DNA of 64,000 bases from Ginglymostoma cirratum (lineage: Eukaryota). The DNA lies in NCBI GenBank assembly GCA_024137785.1, contig JAHRHZ010000041.1, positions 15,168,385 to 15,232,384 on the forward strand, written 5' to 3'. Positions 49,159 to 62,704 of this stretch are shown one piece after another (position 1 is the stretch's first letter; each line of letters begins with the position of its first letter). Below the pieces are notes generated by a model. The model was not told where the DNA came from. It was given only the letters and a program-made list of their open reading frames with translations, and made no database searches. A program made the position numbers and the translations under genes.

Positions 49159-49330
49159 GACAGAATTACAGGATTCATTTTATTTCTCCAACTGTGGCAG
49201 TTGTTGAAAGATAGACATTTTGTCCATGTTTTTTGACTTGCATTCACCAGGAAAACTCAAGCATTTGCGAGTAACTGCATAAAACAACCAATTTAAGATT
49301 GCAAGCCAAGTTCCAAGTTTGTAGTGCAGC

Positions 49331-49732
49331 ATTTATCAGGAAGAATTGCTGATTGACATGTGGACTCTGGTTGAGGTGCTGCCAGGTAAATGAACCCATT
49401 AATGCTGATTGCCAGTTAAGTGCCAACCTTTAAATTTTAGCTCTAGCAGACTGACTGACTGATCCGGGCACTGTCCTGAGAACTGAACCATTTATAGGGC
49501 ATGTTCTTGCTGCAGACAAAGAAATTGCACACATTGCACTTGTTTCAACACAAAACAGATGACAGCCATTTGCTGACTCATGACATTGCCTTGTCCATTC
49601 AGCCTGCCTGGGTTAAAATTTAAACAATGCCAGGTAACTGCCAACCAATCAGCACTAATGGTTCATTTACCGAGGAACAGCTTGACCCAAGCCCACTTGT
49701 CAATCAGCACTTCCCTCTCATACAGGATAAAT
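49331..49732. repeat. Long imperfect palindrome (non-autonomous DNA element-like)
   Basis: Arm about 49331-49480 is the imperfect reverse complement of about 49577-49732 (tgctgattgaca...ggtaaatgaacc..atta.tgctgattg / caatcagca.taatggttcatttacc...tgtcaatcagca). Confidence 0.8.
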
Positions 49733-49749
49733 TTTCATCTTAAGAGTTC

Positions 49750-49852
49750 TTCTGGTGCAGTGATTGCATCCCTGAGGCAGAAAGCTCAGGTTCAAATCCC
49801 ACTTGCTCCTGGTGTGCCATAAAATCTTCAAACAAGTTGATCAAAAATATCA
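49750..49852 (+). mobile_element. Short tRNA-derived SINE (family C); related minus copy at about 59345-59532
   Basis: ggtgcagtgattgcatccctgag...ggttcaaatcccacttgctcc...aacaagttgatcaaaaatatc. Confidence 0.5.
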
Positions 49853-51189
49853 GAGATTGTAAATTTTCCCCCTTGAACTGGTATTTTTGCAATTGGATTG
49901 CCAGGAGCATAAAACTAAAAGTTGACAAAATTGAAGTTGCTGGAAAAAGAAACTAGTCCTATCATAATATAATCATCATGACAGCTGGTATGATGGGAAA
50001 CAAAAAGCAGGACAAACACCAACTTAAAGTCATCAGGGCTCAGAAGAACATGAAGGTCCATATGTAAAAGCTAATGTCAATTTTAAAAGGGAATAACTCT
50101 TCCTGAAACTGCACAGAATTTGAAAGGAGAACCCAAAGCAAAACAGATAGATAATTAAAAATGACCTTTAATGTGGTGCTATTCCAAATCAAATATCTTA
50201 AATACACAAATCGACTTATTCATTGCTATTAAAAAGTTCCTTACTGGTTGACGCCAAATGAAATATCAGGGTAATTACTTGGCAAATGTTATTGCTGAAC
50301 TGAAATGGAACTAGAAAATAATTGCCAACCTACTTAGTAACGCCCACGTCCCATTCAAGGAGGAAAAAAAAGTGCTCACCGAGCTTTTGTTCATGTTTTC
50401 ACACTAAACCTCAGAATCTAGTCCCAACCTTCTCTTCCCATTTGTAAAAATGGCAATTAATTAGTGTTCCTTTTTGTTTAAAACTGCCTGAGCACAATAG
50501 AAAGCAGTACTGGCTGTCTCGTTGCTGCAAGGTAAAGCGTTTTAAGAAAATTACTTGTTACGTTTAAATAGAAATTTCTCTCATCATTTTATTTGTTCAA
50601 TATCTTAAGGCCACAAAGCATTAACATTGCTGCTCCTAATATTAACAGTTCAGTTCAGCATTCTGGTCAGGAGGGAGGAAGAGCAATCTGAGCCAAATTA
50701 TCGTTAGCAAGTAGATGTGCATTTGTTTTTGAGTAGCCTCACTTTTTCCTTGGGAAGGAATCAGCTTTCCCTGTGCAATTTCACCCTGTGCCAATTTCCT
50801 CTGGCCATTTTTTGGAGGTTGGGAATGTCTAGTGCATGAAACAAATACACTTGCCCCAACATCCCCCACTGCCCCTGTAGTCAGGTTCCCTATTTTAAAT
50901 GCAAGAAAAAAAAAAATTGGATTTCCTTCCATACATATACTTCTGATTTGGTGGCAAGGGCTTTTGAACACTCATTAGAAGGAGGTCAGATTTGAGAGTG
51001 TGAGTGTGCATATAAAAAAGGTAAATGTATTTAGACCATGTTATTATCAGGTGCTATGTTGGAAATAGAAATTTTTAACAATCATTCACCATGCCCTTTC
51101 CATGGATTAGTGCCTTCCCAATGGAGGAAGCACCACAATGCAGTTTAAAAGATGCCCTATTTCACTAACAATGTTGTCAAACATTCCAC

Positions 51190-51400
51190 TTAGGATTTAT
51201 TGTCAAGTTTACTCAGGTACAGGGATACAGGAATACAGTGAAAAGTTTACTGTGGTGCCATTCATGGTACCTAGGTACAAAATCTTAGTTAAAATGTAGA
51301 AAAATAAAGTAGTAAGTTAAAAGTTCGACATTACTACTTTCTTATTTACAGTTCTTGTCAGTATAAAGTTAAAGCGTTCCAATTACAGTCTTTCTTTAGC
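51190..51400 (-). mobile_element. LINE 3' end (Rex1/Babar- or L2-like)
   Basis: rc aaacttttcactgtattcc...gagtaaacttgacaataaa, a typical tail. Confidence 0.45.
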
Positions 51401-51527
51401 CATGGGCCTGTGGTGACTCTAGCTCTAAATGGATCTAGGTGATTAACAAAATTTATTTTTGACACTTCTGGGGGTAGGGGTGGGGTGCCCTAATCTAACC
51501 CCCCACCCCCTTTTAATGATTGACGCA

Positions 51528-51563
51528 CAGAGAGCGAGAGAGCGAGCGCGAGCGCGAGAGAGA
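51528..51563. repeat. (GA)/(GC) compound microsatellite
   Basis: agagagcgagagagcgagcgcgagcgcgagagaga. Confidence 0.9.
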
Positions 51564-51564
51564 C

Positions 51565-51972
51565 TAGAAAATCTTAGATTGTTTTTGCTCGAGCGTCAGA
51601 GGTTGAGAGGTGACCTGATAGAAGTATATGAAGTTGAGGGTTAGGGACAGGGTGCATAGCTGGAGTCTTTCTCCCCGGGGTGGAAATTTCAAATACTATG
51701 GGGCGTGGGTTTAAAGAGAGAGGGGGGAGAAAGTTCACAAAATATGTGCAGGAAAGTTTTTGGGTGACAGTCACCTGGTACTGCTGCCAGCAGATGTGAT
51801 AGAAGCAAATATGATAGCAACATTTAAGAGGCATTTATAACAGATGCACGAACAGGCAGAGAATAGAGAGATACGGAGTTTTCCAGGCAAGCGGGATCGG
51901 TTTAGAATGACATTGTAGTCAGCACAGACATGATGGGCTGAAAAGCCTGTTCCTGTGTTGTTCTATGTTTGT
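51565..51972 (+). mobile_element. CR1/HER1-type LINE 3' fragment
   Basis: LFLLERQRLRGDLIEVY motif; end aaagcctgttcctgtgttgttctatgttt. Confidence 0.85.
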
Positions 51973-52112
51973 TCCACGACAGGTACACTATTTTCAAATA
52001 AAAGAACACTCTTCTTTCCTTTCCAAAGTAAAAGGAAAATTGCTTGGGCAACCATCACTCCAGGATTAGATGGATTTACTGCAGTAGACGTCCTGTTCAA
52101 CCAAGAATGAAC

Positions 52113-52315
52113 GATAGTCCAAAGATGTGCAGGTTGGGTGGAATGGCCATTCTAAATTGCCTGTAGTGTCCAGGGATGTGCGAGATAGATGGATTAGCCA
52201 TGGGAAATGCAGGATTATGGGGAACAGGATAGGGGAGTGGGATACTCTTTGGAGGGTTGGTATGGATATGATGGGCCAAATGACTGCTGCCACACACAAG
52301 TAGGGATTCTATGAG
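52113..52315 (+). mobile_element. HE1/V-SINE 3' half
   Basis: agtccaaagatgtgcaggttgggtggaatggccattctaaattgcc...tagggattctatga. Confidence 0.8.
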
Positions 52316-54079
52316 TTTCATCTGGTTTCTGTTTTGCTGACACAATCTAAAGGATTACGAGAATTGAGATTTTTCTCACATGACAGTATTCAGGTTTTTC
52401 CTCCTCAGAATCGATGATATGGATTCCTTTACTAGAAGGAAAGTGAGATGTCTGTTTTGCCCTGTTAAATATTTTCCATTGACTTTAATTGCAAGCCGAG
52501 AACTTTATATGGTGCAAACTGGGATGAGTGGCTATGCAAATTTCTAGTGCTGTCCTTTCTAGGTTGACTATGTCTAACTAGTCCAGTACCTTTCGCAGCT
52601 TCTCACCACCGATGGAATGAACTTAATTAACCTCCCTAGCTGGCTGCGCTCCCATTCCGAGCAAATATTTCCTTGCACTGTAATTATGTGCAAATAAAAG
52701 TTGATGGATGGATGGATGGATGTATCAGGATGCCAATATAAGCCCAAAGGAACCAATCACTATAATCTGAGCAAGCGCCATAAAACTAAACAGTTCCAAA
52801 GCTGACAAGTGGACAGAAAGACACAAGAAAATTCATATTTGACCTCTTAGATACAAGCAATATTTGCTACATTACACTGAACCGAATCGGAATGCCACTT
52901 TTCACCAGCACTTTTGATCTTGTTCAATCTCTCCCACACAGATGTAACTGAAGTGCTCAAGTAAAATGCTTGCAAATTTCAGCATTGAAATATCGAGCTC
53001 CTACATGTCACCAACAACTCCCACATTTACTCAAAGGCTGGAATGTTGGATCCAGTACAAGTTAACCAATTTTTTGAAAAATCAGAATATTTGCGAGAAC
53101 ATTAGACTCATGTCTCAAAGTTCTAGACAAATCCCAAACAGCATTGCAACAAAATTGTCAAATTCTTGTTGCTCCTAGATTTGAAAATCGTGTTCCAGTG
53201 TTATAAAAGCCTCACACCTCCATGTTTATCGCAACCAAAATATGAAACTCACTTCTTTACATACAAGTATTTGTCACAATTTTAACCTTCAACCAATAGC
53301 GACAGCCAAGCACTTGATCCAATTATTTTAATCACATGCCTAATCCATTACAGATGGCAATTTGATTAAAGGCCGACAATGGCCAGATTTTTCTATAAAT
53401 TTCTATTTTAGATACTGTAATTTGAAATAAGGAAGTCAACAGCTCCAGTCCAACATTCACAAGCTAACACCTTGTGTGCAATATTTAGGACTTCATTCTT
53501 AGACTCTCGCCTGAAGTTAGCTTCAAAAGTCGTCAGATCTTTCGGGACACTGCATTCCTGGATGGCCAATAAAAAGATAAGTTTGAGGCAAAGAAAGATT
53601 CAAAGAGCAGAATGCAGTCATCCTACAACCTGAAATTGTTATGAATACAGTGTTTTTAAAAGTTATTTCAAGCTGTCTCAAGATATAATGTGGTGAAGAG
53701 GATTATGCAATCTGTCACAAACTTTACCTGATGACAAAATTGTACATGGCTTGGTTACTATGGAGAACAGGGGCCTCAAGTTGGGACTTACTGAAATCAA
53801 GATACAAAGTATTCAAAGCTGAAAATAGAATCAGGAGCATTCGGCCTGACTGCAGGGGGAGCGGGAGCGCAAAGCTCAGTGAGAGTGAGAATTCTCAAAG
53901 TTTACAGTCAATATGGGCAGGACAGAGAAGGGCATCTGTCCTCTGAACTCCCAGGTAAACTGCAGGAGAGAGGATAGTTTCTGGTCAAAGAAATACATCT
54001 TCTAGAAATCTACACTCCCAAAGATTTGCCTGTAATGCTGGGAGAAGAAACCGGAGTGGGCCTTACTGCTAAAAGAATT

Positions 54080-54300
54080 TTGAAAGATCCCCTCCAAGCC
54101 ATACGCCATCCGTTTTTGGAACTATATTCGTATTCTTCAACAGGGTCAAAATCCTCAAAAATCCAAAACAGTGCTGTGGGTGAACCACAGTGGATTGCAG
54201 CAACGTGAAATGGTAATTCACCAACACACCCCAAGCGTAGTTAGGGATGGCAATAATTACAGGCCTAGCCAGAAACATCTCACCAATGAATTAAAAAAAA
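54080..54300 (+). mobile_element. LINE family B 3' UTR, decayed
   Basis: gggtcaaaatcc...gtgctgtgggtg...ttagggatggcaataa...ggcctagccag, as in 12700-12912. Confidence 0.6.
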
Positions 54301-55639
54301 GGAAACCTCAGGCAAAGATCTTTGACCTTTGCACGTTATTACTTAGCAAAAATTAGGAGAAATGAATGCATTGAAAGCCGGGAACGACTGAACCGTTTCC
54401 TATACAGACTGTAATTACGTGGAAACCCAGCTGTAAACTATACATTGTTAGCAAGGGGATCCAGTCTTGTTAAGAGATTAATAAGAGTCATCTCACCTGT
54501 AGTTAAAGGTATTACTGCTTGCTAGGTAATTTTTAAGTCAAGTAATGTTGCTTTTTGTTTGTTTTTATATGATGTGGAGATGCCAGTGTGGGACTGGGGT
54601 GGACTTTGTTTTTACAGTAATAGTCTCAAATCTTCTTGTGTAATTCCTATAAGTCAGACACTAGGAATTCAAATGTTTCTTTTAAATTATTGTCTCCATG
54701 GTATCATGCAATTGCACTGCAAATGCTCATTTCCAAGAGTTTTATTTTTAAAAGTATAATCCTCTTGCATTATAGTTTCAATACAATACTGCTACAATCC
54801 AGATTTGAAGGACCGACTGCAGATCTGGCTGCGAGAAACAAAAGCTGATCTATAATCTCATTTATTACACTATATTTATCCGACAGGGGTGTTGGTTAAA
54901 TTCAGGTGCAACAGAGCACCTTCGAAAACCAGATTGGCACAGGACAGACGAGCCCAACAGAATCCTACAATTTATTCATCAGCTGCAAGTCAATTTTGTG
55001 AAGTTCAAAAATCAATGCTCCCCATTTATGACTAGTTAAAAATGATAAAAGATAGATATTCAAAATGTATTTCTTTGTAATTACACAATACCTTCTCTCA
55101 TCTTTGCCCTCGCATTTATACAATATCAATGGCCAAACTGTTATGGCCACATTATTTGACTCAACTCGCTCAATTCCTTGACTGTGTTGCTGCCATTAAA
55201 ATCCACACCCATCTCTTGTGCAGCATGCTTGAATATTTCTGAACGTCCACAGCACCAAAACCAACGAGTTAACTAAAGTCACAACATGTCAGTAACTGTG
55301 GTGCCTTGTAACTTTTTTTTAAAAAGTAACTACAGCATACAGCACTGTTGACCAGCTCGGACAGAGCCGTTGCTTAATCTCTTTCTTGTCCATCTATCCA
55401 CAGTTACACTGTTCATAAAAAATGGTTTATCATTCAAAACACCAACTCCTTCACCTACACGATCTCCCTTGCAAGATGATCCACAGACATGGGAGGATAG
55501 TCATCATCCATGCAGAAAGTGATGGCTCTCAGCTATATTCGTAGAGTCATAAAAATTAGGAGCAGGGCAGGTCACCTGACCCATGGAGCCCACTCCTCCA
55601 TTTACGAAAGTTATAGCTTATTGAAAAGGAATCCAGTCT

Positions 55640-56270
55640 CTCCAATGTTATGGGCAATTAACATTCACACTCCAGCATCAAGCAATGACCATCTCCTGAA
55701 AGAGAATTTAGCCATCCCTTGATATTCATAGGCAGACCAGCACTGAAGGCCACACTAACATCGTGGAACTACCGTTGACCATAAACCGTGCTGGACCAGC
55801 CATATAAAAACTGTGGGCTACAACAGCTGGTCAGAGGGTGGAAATTCTGCACCAAGTAGCTCATCTGACTCCCCAAATCCTGTTCACCATATACAAGGCA
55901 CAGCTCAGAAATATGGATGTAATACTCCCCGCTTGCTGGGAGAGGCATGGATCACACAGCTCAACACTGCTCAGTACAAAGCTACCTGCTTGCTGGACAT
56001 TGCATCCAACACTCTGAACGTTCAATCTCTTCACAAATGATGTAGTGTGTGTGCCATCTGCAAAATGCACTGAAGTAAATCACCATAGCTCCTTTGGCAG
56101 CAGCTTCCAAACTCATGAAGAATAAAGGGCATCAGGTGGTGCAAATGTCACCTGCCACGGACTGCAGTCAGTCATTTAAAAAGGCAGGTCACTACCATCC
56201 AGGGCAATGAGAGATAGGCAATATTGCCCAAGCTTTCAAAGTCCACATCTCATGAATGATTAAAGAAAAA
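55640..56270 (+). mobile_element. LINE family B 3' fragment
   Basis: aacattcacac...gcaatgaccatctc...ggaccagccatataaaaactgtgg...caccatatacaaggcaca...catctgcaaaatgcactg; collinear with 12200-12900. Confidence 0.75.
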
Positions 56271-57299
56271 GTCGCATGGGTGGCAGATTGCATCTTAAAC
56301 AGAAAATTATGCACTGAGCAACTTACTTACAACAGGACTGCATTTCACGTGATTTTATTTTCACAGGCAACATGGACTAATGGGAATAAAGGAACTGAAG
56401 CAGTTTCTGTTAAAATCACTAATTTATACAGTGGGAGAAGAATTTTCAAAGTCTGTTAATAACATTCGCACCTCTTGGGCATTAACATTGTTATTTATTC
56501 ATCTTATCTCACCAACTTTCTGCCTTCTCCTCAAGGCTAGTTCCACAAGCTGTGGTAGCTTATGAAGGCAGCACACATTCACATGCGATTTTTGACGGAA
56601 CATCTGCAGGTTATTTGAACATCAGATTGTTATGAGGAACAGGTTGCAGGAATAACAAAGCTGCCTCATCCTGTGCACACATGCACTCTTCAAACAGGGT
56701 TCTGACAGCAATCAAACACAAACCTTGGTTGTTTTTTCTTTCGTCATGCAGTTTTGTGCTTCCAGTTTTAGTACAAGACAGAATGAGGGAAGAGAAGGCA
56801 ACATCAAGAACTGGCTTCACACTTGCGCATCTTTCTAACATTAATACGAAGTATTAATACCATACTTAGTAATCAATGTGCAATAAACAGAGGTAAACCA
56901 GGCTCTGTTACAATACGGAAAAATTTTTCCATAAACTATCATCTAATGCTGGTTGGTCTAGTCCACATGTTAACATCTAGTCTATTTAACTCTGCCCAAA
57001 TTGTACTGTTTAGTCTCAATGAACAGCAGCTCAGTGACACCATCACAATGTTGCTGCAGCTACTAAAGGCCTTACACTACGTGCATTGCTTAACAATTAT
57101 ATGCATTTGCAAATGAATTACGTAGATGTCATTTTGCAAGATCTACTGAATATTTTTTCCTGATACATCCCACCCTTGCTAAGTCTTTGAATTGATTCAT
57201 CTCGGTCAATAGTTGCATCTTTGACAAGGTACAGAAACACTCAAGCTAAAGTCAGTTAGCTTAAATTTTCCCCGCAGACATTTATTAGACAAGCAGCGC

Positions 57300-58270
57300 T
57301 TGAAGGGTCTTGCTTCGGCATAACTGCAGGAACACATGGCCAAAGTAGATTGCTGTTTCTTCTCCATCACGAGAAAAGTAATGCTGTTCATCGATGGATA
57401 GCTGTTCCTCACAAAAGAATCTTGTTTCACTGAAATGTTGATTTGTTGAAGGTTCTGTTCCATTTCACAAGCATATACGTGCTACTTGGAAACAATTTGG
57501 TTGACTATCATCTTTAGACTAGAGCACATCTTCTAGAATTGACTTTTTCTCCTACAATGGTAAATAGCTGGTGTAAGGCTGGAGAGTTTGGTCTTTGCTG
57601 GAGGGGGGTTTTGGAACCACACTTGAGGCAAGGCTCTGTGGCAGTAAATTGCTTAGGATTTCAGATGGTCACGTACTTTACCTTTTCAGACAAGAGGTCC
57701 GTTCCCTCTGATCATTGGTTCATTGTGCTTAAGTCGTCAACATTCTCTGTAGACTGGTATTAAATAAACTTCTCCTGTATTTCTGGAAAAGCTTTCTAGA
57801 CTCTGCATCTATTGCTACTTAGTCAACTCATTCTGGAGTTAGATCCTCTTTGGATTGAAACAAATTCAGTGACTGACTTAACAATGGTGGCCTTCTGTCA
57901 AAAATGAGCCCTTGTAAGTTTCAATGGTTGCATGGCTGAGATAACAATGACAGATCATTCATTAAAGCTATCCGGGGACTGTCCTGGGAGCTGGTCGGAT
58001 ATTGAAGCATGATCAAGTGTTTTTTAAACTGAAACAGTGATCATAAGCTGTAAGATTGTCAAATAAAATTTCTCTCAATGATCTGTTGCTTACATAATAC
58101 ATGATCTAATGTTTTTTCCCCCCACATGGCAGAGAAACGTGATATTCTGTTCTGCATTTAGTTCTGTGTCCAATCCTGAAGCAGTTGGAAATTGTTGGAA
58201 TTCAGCCTTCCTGATTTGAGTCTATCAAACAAATCTGATAGCCAAACTTTTTCTGATGGAAAGGTTGGTA
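57300..58270 (-). mobile_element. Gypsy LTR retrotransposon gag remnant
   Basis: Minus strand: FQQFPTASGLDTELNAEQNITFLCHVG (58200->58120), QLPGQSPDSF (about 57990), QSKEDLT (about 57855), PCLKCGSK zinc-knuckle start (about 57630), in the expected gag order. Confidence 0.65.
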
Positions 58271-60701
58271 CCATTGAACTTTTTTGGATTGGCTGACTGT
58301 TAATAGCACTTAAAAGTTTTGATTTGATAATGATAGTTTTAATCGCCTTATACTACAATTAATTTATATTGTTGTATCCTCATTTGAGTGAAGTTACTGC
58401 AAAACCTTTGCTGTTGCAAAGATCATTGCTGTTGCAATACTAAAACAAAGCTGTTAAAGTTTCTGCTATTCTAAATACAGTTTCCAAAGTAAACTTTCCT
58501 TTATCATCTGTGGAATTTTCACAAAAATGAGGGCATTCCTTTTCCATGATGGCTGAAGGGTTTTGAAAAGATCTTGTAATAGAAGCCTAAGTGGAACGGA
58601 ACATCATCTATTGTTGAACACCAAATCAGAGCCACTAGTCTCCATGTACGTGGGTTAGTCCCTGCCTGAGGCAGACAGTTTTGCAGTCCCATCCATGGCT
58701 CTGCATTGTTTTTTTAAATTAAAAAATGAATATCCAGAAGTGCTCTAACACACTGGATATTCTTTTCCCCATCACCAAATCACTGACTTTTTTTCTCCAT
58801 GTATTAAATCACCAACAGGAAATTACCTGTGTGGCCAAATAAACATTTTGAAGCAAAGCTTGTTCAGGGCAATGTAAACCATCAAAAAAAGGTGAGCTAG
58901 GAAGGTGCTAAATCAAATTGAGTTGGAGGAGGAATAAAAGCACTCCACACCCTGCAGTGCCCCATCTCTCCCTAAAAGCTATCAAGAGTATTGGTGGACA
59001 CCATGAACTAACTCCCCCCACCCCACAACCCTAGCACGGATCTACTTATTGAACATGGGCAGGCAGTTGGCAGAGATGACCCCTACTACAGCCCACTGCC
59101 CGGACGTGTTTATATCTAGCCTGGCCCAGGAGCAGACCCACAGGAGTTCCCCCGATCTGCCACATCCCTCTGCACCAGGTACCCAAAAGGAGTGAAGTGC
59201 AACTAGAAGCACAAAAGACGTTTTTCCAAAGAACTAAAAAGGGAGTGCAACTGCCTACAAACAACAAGGACATGGTCCACACACTCCACATCACTGAAAA
59301 ATTAACAGCTGGGCTGAGAGCCCACGAATCGCTACAAACTGTAATTATTTGGGATCACTGCATGTAACACCCTCTTCCCCAGGTCGCCGATGATTGACAG
59401 AGGACTCCCACATAGACAACACTCTGCTGGGGACACCTGCCACCTGCTTTATATATTTTGTAATTAACCTGTTTAGAGATGCACATCTGAAGCAGGCAGG
59501 ACTTGAACCCTGGTCTGGAGTTATCATAGCCCCACTGGGGTGAGGGGAGCGAGGATGTCTGTCCTTTCATTTTGCAGTTGTTCAATCTGAATTTATCAGC
59601 TTGGTTGCTTGTGGGCTTTCTCCTCCTCCAGCCACCTGCACCCTCCAAGAGCTTGTTTCCCCTATTAACGTCTTATATGGAGATTTACAGTAACTTTTGG
59701 TAGTTTCAAAGAGGACTTTTTATTTTCCTTCTCAGAACGATTTGGCTCTCCGGCTTTTCTGGCTAGTAACTGTTCTTAAAGTGGCATTGATAACATTTTG
59801 AAGAAGTTATAGTGTTTTGGGAATCTTCTCTTCTCCGAATGATTTCCGACCAGTTTCTTGATCTTCACTGTTGCCATGATTTGGGACAATATATCCTGCA
59901 CTGCCATATTGTTTGTGGGCATAAACGCTTGAATGTCTCGTGCCTTTAAGACAGATCAGACAAGGAAAAAGGAGGCTAGGAAGGGTTAAGGTTTCTTGAT
60001 ACAGCATAAAGACTACTATAAAGACTAAAATACTACAAATACATGGTAATCAGATGAACATAGACATACTTTTGAAAGACTATTCCTAAACTCTCTCAGC
60101 TAACGCTAGTCGGTCTACTGTCTCCCAATCCACACCCACCCACACATGGGCTCTTTATGCCCAGTGAAGAGCAGCGCCATGACATCACTACAATGTTACT
60201 CCAGAGTCCTGAGCCCTTACATACATTTTTACTCTGAATCCAGGATTTCCAGAGACCTGGCAGAGTTGCCTTGCTGCTTTCTCACCTGGTATCACTTCGA
60301 ATGGAACAGGGTCTGGAGACTTTTCCTGGCCTCAAAAACACCACATTGGGGGAAGCACCAAATTATTACCCAGTGTTACTGCATTGGCTAATACTCAGAT
60401 GCTTTCAACACCATTTACAGAAATTAAAAGGACATTTGAACAATACATTCTTGCTTTTAGCCGAACATGTCACATTTCTCACTTTCAACTTGTGATTGGA
60501 AGCAGTTCAAGTATCACTTGAATTGCCTTCATGTACACTTGTACATAATCTTAGCTTCCTCCCCATTGAGGGGGAAAATATGAACCTTCCCAAAGTAGCA
60601 TGCACTGTATTTATTTTTTACTCCACCAACCATAACCTACAGAAAGTACATCACTGAAATGGGCATTGGGTGACTAGAATACAGCAACGTGCGCAGACTA
60701 T

Positions 60702-61000
60702 GGGGAGGCAATAGCCTAGCGGTATTACCGTTGGGCTGTTAATCCAGTCTGGGTCTGGGGATGGGGATGATCTGGGGACCTAGTTTTAAATCCTGCAATG
60801 GCAGATGGTAGAATTTGAATTCAATAAAATATCTGGAATTAAGAGTCTAAAGATGACTGAATACATTGCTGATTGTCAGGAGAAACCCATCTGGTTCATT
60901 AACGCCCTTTAGGGCAGGAAACTGCCATCCTTACCTGGTTTGGCCTACATGTGAGTCTAGACCCACAGCAATGTGGTTGACTTGTAGCTACCTTCTGGCC
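60702..61000 (+). mobile_element. tRNA-derived SINE family A
   Basis: ggggaggcaatagcctagcggtatt...gaatttgaattcaataaaatatctggaattaagagtctaa...acccacagcaatgtggttgac. Confidence 0.85.
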
Positions 61001-61936
61001 CAGCCAGTGGCATCCACATGCCATTTGAACTTTCAGACTCACTGGACAGGGAGGAGAGAGGCATCACGAACCCATAAAGGCTTCACAGCACCTGTCAGCA
61101 ATTCCCACTTACTGCAGAACATGTTCCCTTTCAAGGTTCCTACCAGCTTCTCAACATGCCAGCACTCTCATCTCTTAACAGACTGCCTGTACAGAATCCT
61201 GTTCATCTTGATAGATTAGAAGGTTCCACCTACCAGCTCTGTGCCATCTCAATGGCTACAGACAGACGACATTTAGTATGTAACAGCTGGCTTCAACTTT
61301 GTGCACGAAGGGCCCTTCAAAGTTAGTTTTGCAAAGTTTACATTGGCTGGTATGGAACTTGATGCTGAGCCATGCATTCACTCAGCTATTGCTGCTTGTC
61401 AGAGCCGGGCTCAGGACTGAATGCATGTGCAGTTTCTCCACCTCAATGGTAGCTGCAGGTTGGACTTTTGGGGAAGGGAGGGGAGAATTTAGCAACATCC
61501 AGAATGGTTGAAGGTGGACTGGCAAACTGGTACCCACCATGCTAACTTCCCAACAATGCCAATGACTTCAAATAGAAAAGGAATTCTTTTCTAAAACAAA
61601 AAAAATCAGTTTACACAGAGAAACTCTTCTGCCTATTTTCCTTCAGGGTTGTCTTCTGTCCCACTGTTGCTCTGTTCTTGACCTTTCTGAAGGAAAAGTT
61701 AATCCATGGGGGGAAACAAAAAGTTAAAATCCTGGCTCTCCACTGTCCTGAAAATCCTGCCTGTGATGCCACTGGCCAAAGGTTGTTAGAAATGTCACAG
61801 AAGAAATCATTAAGAAACCCCCTTTGGCTTCTTTTTCAAAAATGACCATGGAATTTATACCAACAGATTATTCAAATAATAAAGTGGGTTTATTTTTAAA
61901 CACGATTGCTGATGCACTCTAACATTTTCTGTTTAG

Positions 61937-62047
61937 ATTGACTAGAGCGGAGAAATACCCTCAAGTGCTGCAAGAAAGGACTGTGGAAAATGACTTAAAA
62001 AGCAGTCAAAATGTCAAACGAAGATTGCAAGATGTGCAAATGTCACG
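61937..62047 (+). CDS. Candidate internal coding exon (phase 2-2), unknown protein
   Basis: ttttctgtttag|...|gtaaac; only one open frame: LTRAEKYPQVLQERTVENDLKSSQNVKRRLQDVQMS. Confidence 0.35.
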
Positions 62048-62401
62048 GTAAACAACAATGGAGGGATTTTGCAAAGAAATCATCATCAGAAAATGCGACC
62101 TTCTGTTTCGTCCCCACAGAGTTGGCATTATTTTTTTCCAATTTTAAGCAAAGGATGAACAGAACTCGTGACAGGCGTCAACAGTCATTGCATTCTTAAA
62201 CAGAATAAGCTTTTCTTTCCTCTTCCTTTTAATTAAATCTACTCAAGGCTTACTACAATTGGTACCAGCATTGCCAAGCTGGTGTGGGATGGGGGAATAT
62301 TATGTACAGTACCCATACAGGCATAAATATTGATGTTATAAAGTAAACTGAAAGACATAGAATAAAGATGCTCCACAGGTTGATGCAGTCCATTCTTTTA
62401 G

Positions 62402-62480
62402 ATATCAGATTGTGGCCACCAATCCAAAGTTCACAGCTTTAATGAACGAACATGAGGATTTTATTTTCTCTTTAACGGAA
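62402..62480 (+). CDS. Candidate internal coding exon (phase 2-0), unknown protein
   Basis: ccattcttttag|...gaa|gtaagg; only open frame YQIVATNPKFTALMNEHEDFIFSLTE, in phase with the previous exon. Confidence 0.38.
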
Positions 62481-62647
62481 GTAAGGAAAATATGGTAAAA
62501 GACCGGTGTGATTAACGAATTAAACAGTCGATCTTGCACTAGTATCTTGAGCAAGAACCTTTTATACTTAAACAAAATCGCTTGGTAGTACAAATCTGGA
62601 TTATTGCTGATTAAGAAAAGTCTTTTTTTCCATCTTCTACTCATCAG

Positions 62648-62704
62648 GATATTTTACAAGAATACAAATTCAAGGGGAACCCCAATATTTGTACCCAATA
62701 CTAG
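62648..62704 (+). CDS. Candidate terminal coding exon
   Basis: Long polyY tctttttttccatcttctactcatcag| DILQEYKFKGNPNICTQY*; AATAAA at 62795-62800. Confidence 0.33.
   Translation, partial: DILQEYKFKGNPNICTQY

Noticed and set aside
59560-59945. Purine-rich, coding-looking minus-strand segment after an AAG acceptor
   Set aside because: Stops in all frames within about 55 codons and no recognisable family.
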